A stretch of 64,000 nucleotides of DNA from Oopsacas minuta (GCA_024704765.1 JAKMXF010000315.1:280396-344395), one strand, 5' to 3'; positions 40,501 to 55,500 are shown, numbered from the stretch's first letter. The notes: generated from the sequence alone by a model not told the origin. Program-made: numbers and translations.

Positions 40501-43500
40501 CATTGAATACTTTAAATATATACATTGTTACTTATCTTACACTATAACTGTTTAATCTGGTTCTTTAATAAGGAACTACACTACATCAAACATATGGGAC
40601 AGAACTTATTTGTCACCCTGTACAATCCATTCACCTGATAACAAACAACCTGCACACCTAAACTATTTGCAAAAGTTAGTTACTCTATTCTTCATCTTGG
40701 CAACATCACAGAATCCGCTCCCTTGGCATTAGCCACTTTCGAATCTACCACAACTACGGTACTTCCCCAATACCTTCCCATAAATACTTCACGCCAACAT
40801 TTCTGAAACTTTTTCCATCATCCTAATCATGTCGGTATTCCGTGATATCAAATGATGATAAATTATTTTTTGCTGAATTGATAGAGTGCCTTATCTATGG
40901 TGAGATTCAAAACAACTTGGTTTAAGAATATCGACATTCATGACACTTTTTTCACTATACTGCTATACCGGCTTATGTAGTGATTTACTAGAGAGTAGAT
41001 ATCAATTTGTTATTACTGGGAATTTAATCCATGGTACAAGACATTTATCAATTATTACTAAAATTTATGATAGTGATGCGAATAAACCTAGATAAATATA
41101 TTCTAATATATATATATTTGAATACGAATATGGACATACGAAATCATATTCCATATTGGTCATTTGTTAGATCGTCATTATACATATCAAAATTAATAGA
41201 TTGTCCTGAAAATTTAAGATAATTAAACATAGGTATTTTTAATATACTTGTTATACACTTGTGAACACAGTCAGCTAATATTAATTCGGAAACATCGATT
41301 CAGGAATTTGTCCCGATTTTTATTGCTTGGACAGTGGCTGATAATGTGAATGAAATCCGAAAATTGTGACAATGACGTCATAATTTCATCATCAATGTGG
41401 ACTTTCGTCCAAGACTCGAACTTTCCCGACTCTGGCCCAAAGTTCCTTGTATGCGGACTTTTGCCCTGAATCTCTTCCAGTTTGTTCAAACAATCCAGAA
41501 TATTCAAACACATTGATATACTCTCCCTTACCAAAATTATTCGTAAAATTCCATGGAAAATACTCAACTAGTTATAGGGAAGTATTCCGTGATCCAGTTA
41601 GCAGGTTACACGCCGCCTATCCAGTTAACTGCTAGGATTAAGCATATTCGGTTTGCGGAATAGTTTCATTTCCACTAACATAACCTAAAGTTTGTGAGGT
41701 AGTAACTTATATATATACGAATTTTGCTAGTTGGTGATTTGTTAAATATTACATTCTAGGTCCGTATTATTGAATTTAATAGATTTTTATGATACAATGT
41801 CATAACGATTGCATATAATAACTATTTATGCAATAGTATTTAATTTAATGTTAATTAGATATTGCGATTTTGATTAGATAACTATCCCCCATCTGCCACT
41901 TGTTCACGTCCTTTGCCATGGTGGCAATTGAAAAAATGCCCAGCCGACAGAATGACAGTGTAGCTCAGGATTATTTGTTTGTTTTATGATTACATGTGAT
42001 TTGGCATATAGATTTAGATTTGAAAATGTGAAATTTGAAATCTACCTACTCGATTACGACTAACTAACATTTACAATGAACTCTCTAGCATGATTTATTT
42101 TGTGCAATAAGGTTTGAAAATATACTTATTCATGTGGTGAATCTTCGAATTTGTAACTTTCACACTCTGAAATTCACAAATTCGGACTCTACGTCCCAAT
42201 TACCCCTCACAGCATGTTGAAGCCTAATCGCTAGCGTGCGTTTGTATTCACATAGAAGGGTTTGAAACTCTGATTAATCACCAAAGAGGTTTGAAATATT
42301 TACTTTAGAAAAAGTTATTACCCTAGGTGCAAATCTCTTATACAAAATATTTATTTTTCTACAAATTTTCATTTTAATTGTGCTGCTATATTTCCCACGG
42401 GCGCGCGGACTGCGGACGTACATACTTCGCACATCATCCATGTCATTAGGGGATTTCCCTATAGGAACTTTGTAATAGTATTGGTACACGTAGATATTTA
42501 TTCATCTATTTGTAGATTGATTTGAATATTCACATTGGGGAGGCTTCTATTATCCAAGAATCAGATTCAAATTTGAAGCCACTTTGTGGTTCAGGTTATA
42601 CTGGTTTGAATAACCTTGGCAATTCTTGCTATATTAATTCTGTAATTCAAGTCCTCTTCTCCATTCCACGTTTTTATGAATACTTCTATGGTACTGTTGA
42701 TTACTTGACATTATTTGAAGAAAAGAACGTAATATTTGACCTGATATTTCAAATAAAAAAATTGGCTCGTGGAATATATTTTAGAGAGTATTCATCAGAA
42801 TCATCGTTGCCTTCCAGCACTATTTTTGATTCGCTTCCAAATCAAGCCGTTATTCCAAAACAGATTCTGACAGATTTCGAGAACAACCCAATATCACTGT
42901 TGCATTTTCGGACTGCGATTGGCAAGGGTCATCGTGAATTTTCATCAAAAAAACAGCAAGATGCACAGGAGTTTCTACTATATTTATTGAATACTATTGA
43001 TAGACATCTTTTATCCTCAAAAACTAACCCTTGTGATATATTTCGGTTTAAGATACAGGATCGTTTAGAATGTCTACAAACTCATCATGTTCAGTATTCT
43101 ATACGAAATGAATCTATCCTGAGCTTACCAATTCCAAAATTGTCTAGTACTATCCAATCAAAGGTAAAATTTCTGTAATTTTGTTAGTCTGGAATCTATG
43201 ATTTATATATATCTTTTCAATGTACTTATAAATACATTGCTTTATACTATGGGCGTTCAATAAGTAGTCGTTATCACATTATAATTCTAGATTTTTCTAG
43301 CATAATTGTGTAGTCAGTGATGGAGTTTCTCAGAGTATTCCCCTTCGTGCTGTAAAACCAATCTCAGCCTTTTTATCCAATCGAAAAATACTTTTTGTAG
43401 TCTTCGGCAGGTATACCTTTCATATACTGGAAAATCGCCGATCCTATCTGAGCTTGACTCTCATATTTTCTGCCTGATAGATGTTTCTTTAGCTTTGGAA

Positions 43501-46500
43501 ACAACGAAAAGTCACAGTGAGCTAGATCTAGCAAGTAGGGAGGGTGATCTAGCTCCACAATCTTCATAGCTACTAACTTTTCTCTAACCAGCTTTGTCTT
43601 GTGCGGTCGGGCGTTATCTTGCAATATTCGCAATCCACGAGTTCCAGTCCCTGGCCGTGGATTTTGGTAGAATTTTCCAACCTCTGTTAGACACTCATTG
43701 GTGTAGAAGGAGCCTGTTATTGTTTGGTGTTTGGGGACACAATTCTGGCACACTTGACCATTAGAATAAAAAAATATACAGTACATAACCTTCGGATCCC
43801 GAAAGTCATGTCGAGGGATTATTGGTGGGTCCTGTCATTTTTCCACCCATACTTTGTTTGCTTCTTTTGAAAAAGGCTCAGAATAACGTACCCAAGTTTC
43901 CTCACCTGTTACAATCTCAAATAACCTTCTGGAGTCAGCTCGATCAAACTCAAAGAGCAATTTAGTAGCGCATTGGACCCTCTTTGCTTTCTGGGCCTGA
44001 GTTAGTAAATGCGGCACCCATCGAGCACATATCCTACGGAATTTCATATTATCATGTACAATAGCTTGAGCAGTTTCCGTTGAGATCCCAACCGCATCAA
44101 CTATCTCCACAAGCGTGAAATGAGGGCCTTCTTCAAGTAACGCAGATACCTCAAGGATATTTTTGTTACTGGCGCTGGAAACTGGTCTCCCTATTCTTAC
44201 CCCATCTTCAATGGACTCTCTACTTTCACGAAAGCGTCTAGCCCAATCAACAGCAGTGGAGTATGGAAGTGCTGTATTCTTTTAAACTTCCTCTAAATCT
44301 TTGTGGACATCTGTTGGTGAAACTTTGAGCAGTGTTCTGATCTTCACATATGTTCTCTGCACAATTTTGAAATCTGTACTTTTTGAAGCCATTAAAAATG
44401 TTACTATAATAAACTGTCAAAATGTAAATAGGTACAATGTTAGAACGAGACATCAGAATCAAAAACGCTTTGCATTATTGAATTCACAATGGATGGATTG
44501 TTATTAGAAAATTCAGTTTGATCTGGGCCAAAATATTGCGACTTACAAAATTGGAATAACTACTTATTGAACGGCGGAGTATACAAATCTTTCAGTACAT
44601 TCTTTTAAAATTTGGTATACGGTTGGAGTCCACTCGTTACTTCCAATCAACTATAATGCACTTATTTATCCCTGGACACAAAATATATAATTTATTTATC
44701 AGGGATAAAAAGGTGCATTGTAGTTGATTCGGTTTAAAAATAACTCATCACAAGTATAGTTAATGAATCATATTTTCCACATTTTGAAAGTATTTTTTAG
44801 ATTGAAAGACGTCATGTGTTCCCTAATAGGCTGACATTTTTGGATAAACTGCTACTTCGAAACACTATATGACACAAACATCAAAAAATTGAAATGGTAA
44901 ACTGGGCGACTTTTTTCAGCTGATACCATGGATTGCACTTGTTTGTCAATATTCACTAGCTCTATAATCGTTACTATTGTGGTTAAATCAAGATTGCAAA
45001 CCTATAGTACATGCCCATTTTCCATATTTTGATAATATATTTTGATGCGACATCAATGAAGATTATCGCGCAATCTTGAATATTACTATATATGTGCATA
45101 TACGGTATTACTTCACTATGGTACTAGATATCATATCAAATTGTATATTTTGGTACAACATATTATGAACAATTTTATGCCCAATAATTCAGGAATGTAC
45201 TATAATATGTGTCCAGTAAGCAAGTATTTGCTAGAATATGCCATTTTTTGATGCATAGCAGACGGTAAATATTGTATTTTGGTTTTAAGGTGAATGCATG
45301 AAATTATCTATGGATTATTTAATGCAATTCTAATACAAAGTTGGCTCGTTCTTGAGTTACAAGGGAGATCAGAAATAACTCATTATTATGAATATCGAAC
45401 AATATCTTGGTAATGGCTCGTATGATTACATAATCATTATACCCACATTATAGTATTTACTCGACTTCCTACAACCTGATAATCTATATTATTAAATCTC
45501 AATTATTGTTTCTTTGTCTGTTTGTCCGTTGTCAAGGAAAGATTCACTGTATGCGATTTGAGATTTTGCATAACTATGTATTTATCGTGTTAATTGAAGG
45601 AAGTAAATAGAATTCAATAAAACTTCACTAAATATATCGAATATGCTGAATCTAATTTCACTCTTTTGGATTAATAATATCTAAAATTATTGTTGTTTAT
45701 GATTATACAGTAAATAAATTAGCCAAATTTCAAAATATGCTCACAGGCCTGCTCTAAACGGCCTCCCAGGGGTAACTAAGTACGCTGCTGAATCAAAAGT
45801 GAATGAAATGTCGAATCAAACAATTAAGCCAGTGGTCGGGATATAGGGGTAAATTACCCCATTGAGGGTAATTTCAGACTTTCTTGGGGAATTAGGCCCA
45901 TCCGGATTTAATAGTATGAACACAACTTATGTCTACGAGAGAAAGCAGTTAATTTAATATAAGTAAAAATTTCTATTATACCAATAGCAAGCGATCTCAA
46001 TATGCCGTGTGTGTTTAATTATTTTTTGCTTGTAATCTCATTTGCAGCATGATAAATTCAAGAATCAAAGAGGAACTCTTGGAGTATGGCTTCATTTCAA
46101 CACCCGAGCTGTGCTGTGTCCAGAGTCCCTGAAATCATCTCAACTGCAGAAGTATCTGCGCAACAAACACCCTGCACCTTTGGATAAGCCAAAGAAATAT
46201 TTTCCCTATAAGGGAGTCGAGTCTCAAGGTAGGGGTTGGATCACATGCCAAAAGCTACATTTGATCAGCGGGACTCTTTAGAAGCAAGCTTAGAAGTGGC
46301 ATGGCTAATAGCTCGTGCAATAAAGCGGCACAACACCGCTGAGGAACTTATCAAACCGGATGCAACAACGATAACAGAGATTATGTGTGAGAAGGAGCAA
46401 GCAGCGAAATTGGGAACTGTTCCATTGTCAGCAAGGACAGTTTCGAAGAGGTTGGATGAGTTGGTACAGAACATCAAGGACCAGTTGAGCATAGCCATAA

Positions 46501-49500
46501 AGAAAAATGTGTTGTTCGCAATGAAATTGGACGAAACCTTGACCTCGGGAGCGATACTCAGCTCGTGGTATACGTCAGATTTCGAGCTGAATACAGGATC
46601 GGAGCAGAGAAGCTGTTCTGGAACCAGCTGGAAACAACAACTCGTGGACTCGATGTTTTCAACATGGTTGACTAATTTCTTGCATCTCGAGATGTAGATT
46701 TGTACTGAACTGATTGGTTTGCAGTTTCCACCGCCGGAGCGCCAGCTATGGTTGGGATTCACAGATAGACATTGGGCGTGAATGCTTTAGAGCCTGATAT
46801 AGACGAACTAATGAATAATGTAACCAAGATAATCATTTTCATCAAGACCTAGCCGCTAACTGCCCGATTATTCCGGGAATTGTATGAAGAAGCAGATTCG
46901 GAGTATTCCATCTTGCTCATGTACTGTGAGACACGGTGTCCTTCACGCAGCAACGCCCTGGAGAGACTTGGGATACTGAGGACTGAAGTTGCAGTTTTGC
47001 TGGCCGACAAGAAGCATTGCTGGGCCATCAAATTTCAAAACAACAAGTGGGTGTCTCTGTTGGAATATTTAGTGGACAATTTCGTGCTCTTGAACGAAAT
47101 CAATATATCATTCAGTTAGCCAGCAAATTTGTGCATTTATGACAAAACTTGAGCTTTGGGCAATAAGAGCTGGGGAAGGTAAGATTGCATCTTTCAGTCG
47201 TCTCGCGAAGTATCTCGAAGACGCCGAACTATCTTTGAGACTGTTAAAGCTGTGGTTTTTCACCACTTGAGCAAATTGAACTTGCGATTTGAACAGTACT
47301 TCCCAGAGGAAACTATGCTAAAAGAAAGCGTAGGATGGGTTCTCAACCCGTTCAGATGTTCCCTACAAAACCTTCCAGAGAAGCCAAATGGACTGGCAGA
47401 AACTCCTTGAATTGCCAGCGGGCTGAACTGCTCAAGGAGAATATGAAGGTTTTGACCTCGAGTCCTTCTGGATGAGTCAGCCAGCGAAAGCTCAACCATT
47501 GGCACATGAATAGGCGGCCGTTTTTGTTGCCTTTTGCGACTACCTACCTCGCAAAAGGCAACAACTTAAAGACGAAACCGCGAAATAGACTCAATCCTGA
47601 AAGCGATATAAGATGGTACTGTCACAATCCAAGCAGTAGTTTAAAGGAATTATTAAGATTGGTAAGTGTCATTTTATCCATTAGAGATAACTGTTCAGAG
47701 TTTATAATTTTATCTAATAGATAGATATATTGAGGTTAGGTTAAATCCAATATTATTTTTCGTGTTTTATCAATATACAGTAGTTCCTGTAGGTTGGGGT
47801 AACAGTGATCCGCGGAGCTTTTAAATGGGGTGTCAGTTAAGCCTAGTTCCAAACTACTGCATTAGCTTAGTCTAAAATCTGACAGTGAGGCCAAACATAA
47901 ATTCATCAATTGAAATTTGCAGGATCTGAGAGCTAATTTCAAATATATTGTTTTCCCAAACTGTTGGTTAGTATGGCATACTGACAATTCTGATACAAGC
48001 TTTATTCTTCTTCGTCTTATTGAAAATATTAGTTAAGTTGATTTATATCTAGAAATTTATTCATTTTCTCTGGATCAGCCAGGTTCCATGGATAAAGTAC
48101 AACTACTGTGCTAAATTCAATAATAATATTCGACAAATTGGATCATTAATACATCAAATTTTCAAAAAATCCTTATCTGATGATCACTATACTAAATCAC
48201 GTTCTTTTCATATCCTAGTGCCGAAGGACATATAAAGACGTTTATTGATTTAGCCGGCATAGAGGATACTGAAAACAATTCTTCTTCAGTTAGCCAAGCT
48301 CAAATTTATCATCTTTGTCAATTTAATAATATATTTCTTCCAAAGAACAGGCAAAAGTATATTGTAATTTCTCAAGTCATGTCAGTTACGACTCATCTAA
48401 TTTCTCCAGTATGTTATGTATATCTCAAGGTTATAGAGCGTATTTCTCTTTCTACGTTTAGACTTTGAATACAATATGTTCTTCGTTTTGCATTGAAAAC
48501 GATTTCTCTACCCTGGCGCCTAAGTTACTTCTTGCTTCAGTTCACTAGAAAGAAATAACATAGCTAAATGGATTAAATACACAGTACATTTAGTATTACG
48601 TGTAAATTGGGGAAATCTTTGCTCGTAATTGGAAACCCGAGGGCCCGACCAGAACTGTGTTCGCGTTTATGGTATCTAGCTTATATAAGAAATGGTCTTG
48701 TATTTCCCATCTTCAAAGTGTTTATCATTGATATTGAGAGTTGTGGTTTACGCGTATAGGTAATTTCAACTGATAATTATCCTCCGAATATGAATATTTT
48801 CGAACTATTTGTCCAAGTAACAAATTTCAAACCCTTATAGAGCACAGTGGTCTTAAATGCCCCATGCTAAGGAAGATATATTCCTGTTACAGTTTGATAA
48901 TCTTGTATGTTAATTTTATTCTTTAGTGAAAATTGACTATCTTAATGTATCCAATTATTGGATAATTTTCTCTGTATACTAACGATATTTGTCTGAAACT
49001 GAGTAAAAACATATCTAAGTACTCATTATGTTTCCAAATAATGAACAATTAGCTAATGTGTTGTCAAATGATATTCGAAATAGACCTAAAAGGACCTTAG
49101 GATATTGAGTGCGATTTTGGTGCAATATATTTCGCACACTAAAATACGTAATTGCTCAATTTGTTTCTACGGATTGAAATAGTTGATTAATGGATTGTCA
49201 TAATACATTCCAAAGGTGCCCTGACTGTATCTAGGGATTTATCCCTGAGCACAGGTAATTGAGACTTGACCAAATTTCGGAATAACTCTGTTTTCACAAT
49301 AATATCAATCCCACTTGAATTAACAAATCACTATTGGGGGTTGGCCAAGAGTATATTAATACCATTATTATTTTTGAAGTATATCGAAACCAATAATCAA
49401 TATGGCAGAAATTTATTTACCCTGTATCTAAGTTTAATTACTATAAGTAGAAATTATATTACTTATATAATGAGTATTCGTAATCGTGATAATGAATAGT

Positions 49501-52500
49501 TGTATAATATACTAAAACGGTGAAAGACACGTAGATAAATAATTTATCACTTCCATAAACGCTTATTTAACTATATTACGTGGAATTCATAATGAATTTG
49601 TGGTCAATGTAATGCTAGAATGAGAAATGTAACTGGTTAATATGCATATTTTCAATAGTATATACAAAGAATACGGTATATACACCAAATATCCATACAT
49701 ATTTCATTCAATCATGCATGTTTCCACCAATTAGGAAGTAACAAAATTCTATATATCCATAACACCCTGTATGTTAGCTTTGAAGCAATTGGCACTTATG
49801 CGATATGATTCTAACATCTTTCACATACTCTAATGCTAACCTCACGAAATATCTGTGATGTTAGTTTGAAAACTATACTTACGAGATAGATGTTAGCTGT
49901 ATTTTCGATCTAGTATATTCCAAGATTCTAGGCCTTTTCCTGGCAACTTTTTGATCCAAAACCAGAACTACATTTATACAATAATTCTTCAGCATGGGCA
50001 AATATTTTGTGTAGAGTTAGAATAATACTAGCCCACTGAAATGAATCAAGTCGAAAGAGGTAGGTTTCTTTACGCATATTTCTAAGATCTTCTGTTTATT
50101 TTTTGTTAGAATTAAAAATTTTGACTAAAGCTGCTAATTGAGCATGTGTTTTGGAGAGTACTATTCTGTGTTTGGCATCAACTAAACTTATGACACTCTA
50201 TGTATTTAGATTTGTATAAAAATGCTTGAATTGTGTTTCGGACTTATTTCATAGATCTCTTAATATGTGGAGAATTTGGAGACCTTGTAATTTTCCCATA
50301 ATTCAAGCGATAAATTAATTATTAATACATTGATCTAACGAAAACGCGAGTGTATATATTAAGTGGTGAAGCAGGGCTGATATCGATTGTTGAAATGGGT
50401 TGATGAGTCAAGCTGTACCTTTGGGCAAATGAAAGTTTGATAATCGCTTCGATATCTTTAATCTCCCCAAACTTTTCTATTGCCTCTGTAATTTCCCTAT
50501 TAATAGGTAAGCCCTGAATAATCTATTCACGGTCAATGAGGTATGAATGAGTTAGCATCTCCTGCCTTGAAAATATTGCTGCTATTTTCCCATCTAACAT
50601 TACCATATTATGTCAACATTGATAACTCCATTACACACATTTATACCTTGTTCCTTCATAACTTATGTGTCAGGATTGATGAATTGATTCATGAATTCCC
50701 GAATGTTTTCCTCACTCTCTCTTTAGCTGCTCAAAGAAAAACTGGCCTTTTAGAGAAAGGAGAGCTCTTTTTCCAGATCACCCTACCTGATTCTGCAATG
50801 ATGTCTTTTGGTTTAAAGTAAATATGATATAGCTTTTAGGATCTGTTTCGTTCTCTTTTGGTTATACGTTATGTGACTTTTGACACATCTAATCCATCAG
50901 TTAATTTGAGAGTTAGTGGATAATCGTCAACAGATAGCGAGTTAATTGAGTCTACCTTTCGTTCAGCTGTTTGCTTAACAAATTTGATATATGATATATA
51001 CCCCTCTAATTGGCTTACTAATTTCAGGATGCAATATAATTATAGGTCGTTAGATTAATGAACCCCTGATGTCTGCAACATATTTATATTCACCAAGATT
51101 GACTCCATTATGAAGCAATAACTGTCGAAACTGAGTATATTTTCTTCTTCATTTTTCCACAAGGTGTACAACGAATACTGATTTATCTTTGGGAATATAT
51201 ATTGTTTGTCTCGATCACTGAAGTTTCCTTTATAAGCAATTGATTTTGATAAACTAGCAACTGTGCGATTGTTCTCTTCATTGGCCAGTAGTTGTAATGC
51301 AAGAGATGCAATTGTGATGGAAGAAGTGTGCTCACGTTCGGACACTAATCTGATGACCTCTAGAACAGCTTTTGACTTACGAGTTGTTGCTAAGTGAAGA
51401 GATAGAAGATCCTTACTCATAGTAACAATATATTCGGAGTTATCCTCTAAAATTTCAGTAAGACGACGCTTCTTTTGTGAAGGTTGCCAGGGAATCGCTT
51501 CATTTCCCAACAACAGTAATCCAATATTATAGATTTTACAGTTTTTTTTGGATTGTTATATTTGAATCTACTCTTTTCAAAAGTGAACATACATTGGCAT
51601 TTTTGCCCTCACCTTAACCAAGAACTTCAACCACTTCATTGTTACATGTTTGAATTCAAAGAGATGTCTTGTTAGGATGAGTGCTAAGTAGTGTCTGGTT
51701 TTAGGAAGAGAAGTTCCTGAATTACACTGAGCTATTTATTATAGTAATTATGTATATATTCGTTGCCATGGAGTTGTATGTCTTGTCTATTAACAGTTAA
51801 CGAGAACAAATATGCTAGATAATGCAGCTCAGTTTTATAATTGGTATTGCTTTGTCTGAAAGTAAGATACTAATGTGCTTCAATTCACTAGAACAATTCA
51901 GTGGCTATTTAGTGTTTCCTAGCAACGAAAAGTGGACATTAGAATGTACAACATGAAATACTCTTTAGCCACTTTGCGGACGCCCAAAATTAGATGTGCT
52001 CTTTAAATTCAATTGAAATTGTTTGTATATTATTTCTTATCAGTAAAATGTGGTTTTCAGATTGTGTCCTTTAATGAGTTCTATTTATGAGATTCATTCT
52101 TTAATACTTTTCTCCACTTAGGATTGAGAACAAGTCATCATTTTGAGCCATATGATGTTTTTAGTAAATTCCAAATATTCGCTAATTGCATCCAAGATAT
52201 TACATTACAATACAATTAAACGTTTCTAAGAAATAAGAATTGATGTTATTTTAGGTTTAACACAAACTTATATCTTTTGCTTATTTGGCTTCACATGCTA
52301 TGATGATTTCTTGTTAATAATTTGACCTAGATCAAATCATAATTTCAAAATACACTCTCAATATTTTCTCAATTTCATTACACTTAAAATTTTACAATTC
52401 TACCATATTCGTTTTTAGGCTATTTCTTGCGATAAACCGCTGTGTACGGTGCCTACACAGTGGTATATGGCAAGACATAGTCTTTTGATTCAATTAGATT

Positions 52501-55500
52501 TCATATTCTCATATTAGACTTTGTTCATATATTATAAGTAAAAGTAACAATTGGTTGAACCAGAAAATATTACTTCAACGTTAATTCGAATCCTTCTTAC
52601 TACATGGAAATAATCAATGTTAGTACACCCTTGAAAGTCATCCGTTTAAATGATCATCTCTCAATACCATTAAGGGATCTTACACGATCAGCGTTTCATT
52701 TATTTACCTCGTGTAGTGTCTTGGATATCAAGATCCTAGCAGTTCTTGCTTGGCAATTCGGGTAAATTGAGTAACCAAAAGTATGCTAGTTTGAAAACTG
52801 ACTTATTGGAACATCATTCTGGACTCTATCGTATGATGGCTGGTTCGAATTTTCATATTTTTACATTCAAATTCTTTAATCCGAGGGTCTTCTTAAGTTC
52901 TCTAACATCCTAATAATGTAGTCTGGCCTACTGAACTTTTCTCAATACATACATACATTTGTCAAAGCTTTTACTTCACCTTCTATTACTTCTAGTGATG
53001 ACCAATTAGTTATTGAGCCTTATCTTGATGGAAATGCTGTTATATTCTCAATTGTATACACTCAGAATATACCTCAGTCTTAAGCTTTATAGGTTGATAT
53101 TAGGTCTATAAATTCTTGAAAGGGTTTCAGGGTGTATATTGTGCACTGATACACTAAATAATCAAATATCTATCTGCTTCAAAGAATTTCAAATGGAATT
53201 TCAATATTTTGTGCAAAACCATATAGAGATATTTGATAATCATTGATATAACATTTGGATTTGATATTTTTGACAATTAGCATAATTCTCCTGTACTTTT
53301 ACTGTTAGGCCTTGTTTTAATAGGCTATGGATAGAGATGCTACGTATATTGCTAATGATAAATAGACTATGTTAATTTTATTCAATTGTATATTGCATTC
53401 TTTGAATTTTTTGGCCCGTCTCCCCAATGAATGACCTGAAATGTTTTTCGATATGTTAAATATTTGACCAATGATAGTAACAATATATTTTGATATTTAA
53501 TTGTCATATTTGTTAAACAAGAGATGATACACACTAAACCATACAAAATTTCATAAATTTAATTTTCGGAGGGAAAATCTCGACAGCCAGTATTAGAGGA
53601 CAAAAAACTTCATTATTCGCCTATTAATTTTGGTATCGTTTGAAATATTGACTTATAAAAATTATATATTCTTATATGTACTACTAAAATACGATGATAA
53701 CACAAATGCGTAAGAATTTACAGTTCGAAAATAATTTTTCAATTATTGAAAATATTTTTTTGAGATGTTGTAGTTTTGGATTTATATTTTCCTACTAATT
53801 CAGATATGGATATTCCCAAAAATATATCCAAATCAGATTTTGGGGATATACCTACCTCTGCATGTTGCCAAGCACTGTGAGTCAATGGTCGGAAACCGAT
53901 GTGGAGAAAATCCTGAATTATTGAAGGCGATTTCCATTCGACAAAGAGTTGATTTGATAAATCAGATTGTCCAGAAATTGATGGGATAGAACTTACAGCA
54001 ACGACTATGATATTCCTCACATTTCTTACACATTATGATACAATTTGTCCCTGTTCGCCTCAGGATTGTTACCGTGGACCAGTTTACTTATCTTTACCCA
54101 ATAGATTTTGGATTCCTAGGATAAGAAATAATAGTAGCGTCTGGGAAAAGCAATTTGATAATACCAATGGACTTTAAAGCAAATATATACTGCTTTAACT
54201 AGCCTGACAAAAACAAGCCTAAAATAGGACTCAATGTTATACCTGCCTGCAAGAATCGATTGAACTTGTATATTTGCCACAATTATTGTTATATTCATTT
54301 GAATCCCCTTTGGTCCAATAAAGGGGCCAACTTTGAAAAATATCGTATTCTGAAATTTCAGTAAATTTCAACCTCACTTCCTTAAACGTGAATTATCGCA
54401 TAAAAGCTCCGAAATTGTATTAAAATCAACAGTAAGAGAATCTATTTTGAACCAGATTCATGGAATAGGACCGGTTAGACAAAATCTGATTATTCAGTGA
54501 CTTCTAATCTTACAAGATGTACAAAATTGCATCGTGCTTGTTGAATTATCTATGCAACATTGATACAAGAAGTTTCTTGTTGCATGAGAATAGGAACATG
54601 TTCTATTTACTGTAACAATGTTGCTTGAAAACGTAATTTTATTTGCAAAATTTTTTATAGTATATGCTGCCTTGTATGCCAAAGTTGCATCATGTATAGT
54701 GGCCTTATCAAACTAAGTCCAGAAGTTATATACTAATTAGTGATATTCTGTACCTTGATCTTTGTTTTTGTTATACTTGAAGGATAAACAATAATTTCTA
54801 TAATCAATGGAATAACTGAATGAAGACCTATTGATAATCAGGTGACGTTATCTATTTGAGTTGGATTTACTTTGGAATTGGAAATACCAAATGAGGGAAA
54901 GAGAATTGTTATTCAAAGTTTGAAATTTTCGGCTTACGGATAATTAGTGTTTAGTAACAATTAACAGAGAAATTATTGTAGGCGTATACGTACAATTTGT
55001 TCTTGTTAGTAATAACACGTATTCAAGTCTTAAATTTGCTAATTCTTGAAATTATTATCGTTTTTACTAGTTATAAATATTTTTCTACAAATTTTGAACA
55101 CATAATCTATCTACACGAAAAAGTATCAAAATACAACGAGAAGCCACCCAAACAACACATTATAGTATCCAGGCGAAAAATATCAAAATATAACGAGAAG
55201 ACACTCAAGCAACACATTATAGCTTCCTTTGCAAAGGTTTTCAGAACCCAAATGTTAAATCACGAACGCTACACTTTCGGAGGACAGATATAAGATTGAT
55301 GTAAACAAGGATATGTATTTGAATTCGCAGCTAATCTCTTCTTCGCATATTTACAAGATTTATCATATGATTGATGAAATTGACACCTTTGGCTTATACT
55401 TTGAATTATGTCAATAATCTTACTATTTCTTATTGATGATTTTGTTCATTTGTTAGAAACTTAATACAGTTGCCCGAGCTGCACTACTTATCTGTCCTCC

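Noticed and set aside
48843-48880. CACAGTG as a true recombination signal sequence
   Set aside because: There is no nonamer-like ACAAAAACC at a 12- or 23-nt spacing. It is treated only as a possible Transib TIR start.
53700-54700. Several 60-93-aa minus-strand ORFs
   Set aside because: They do not join into a coherent frame and contain no recognisable domain.
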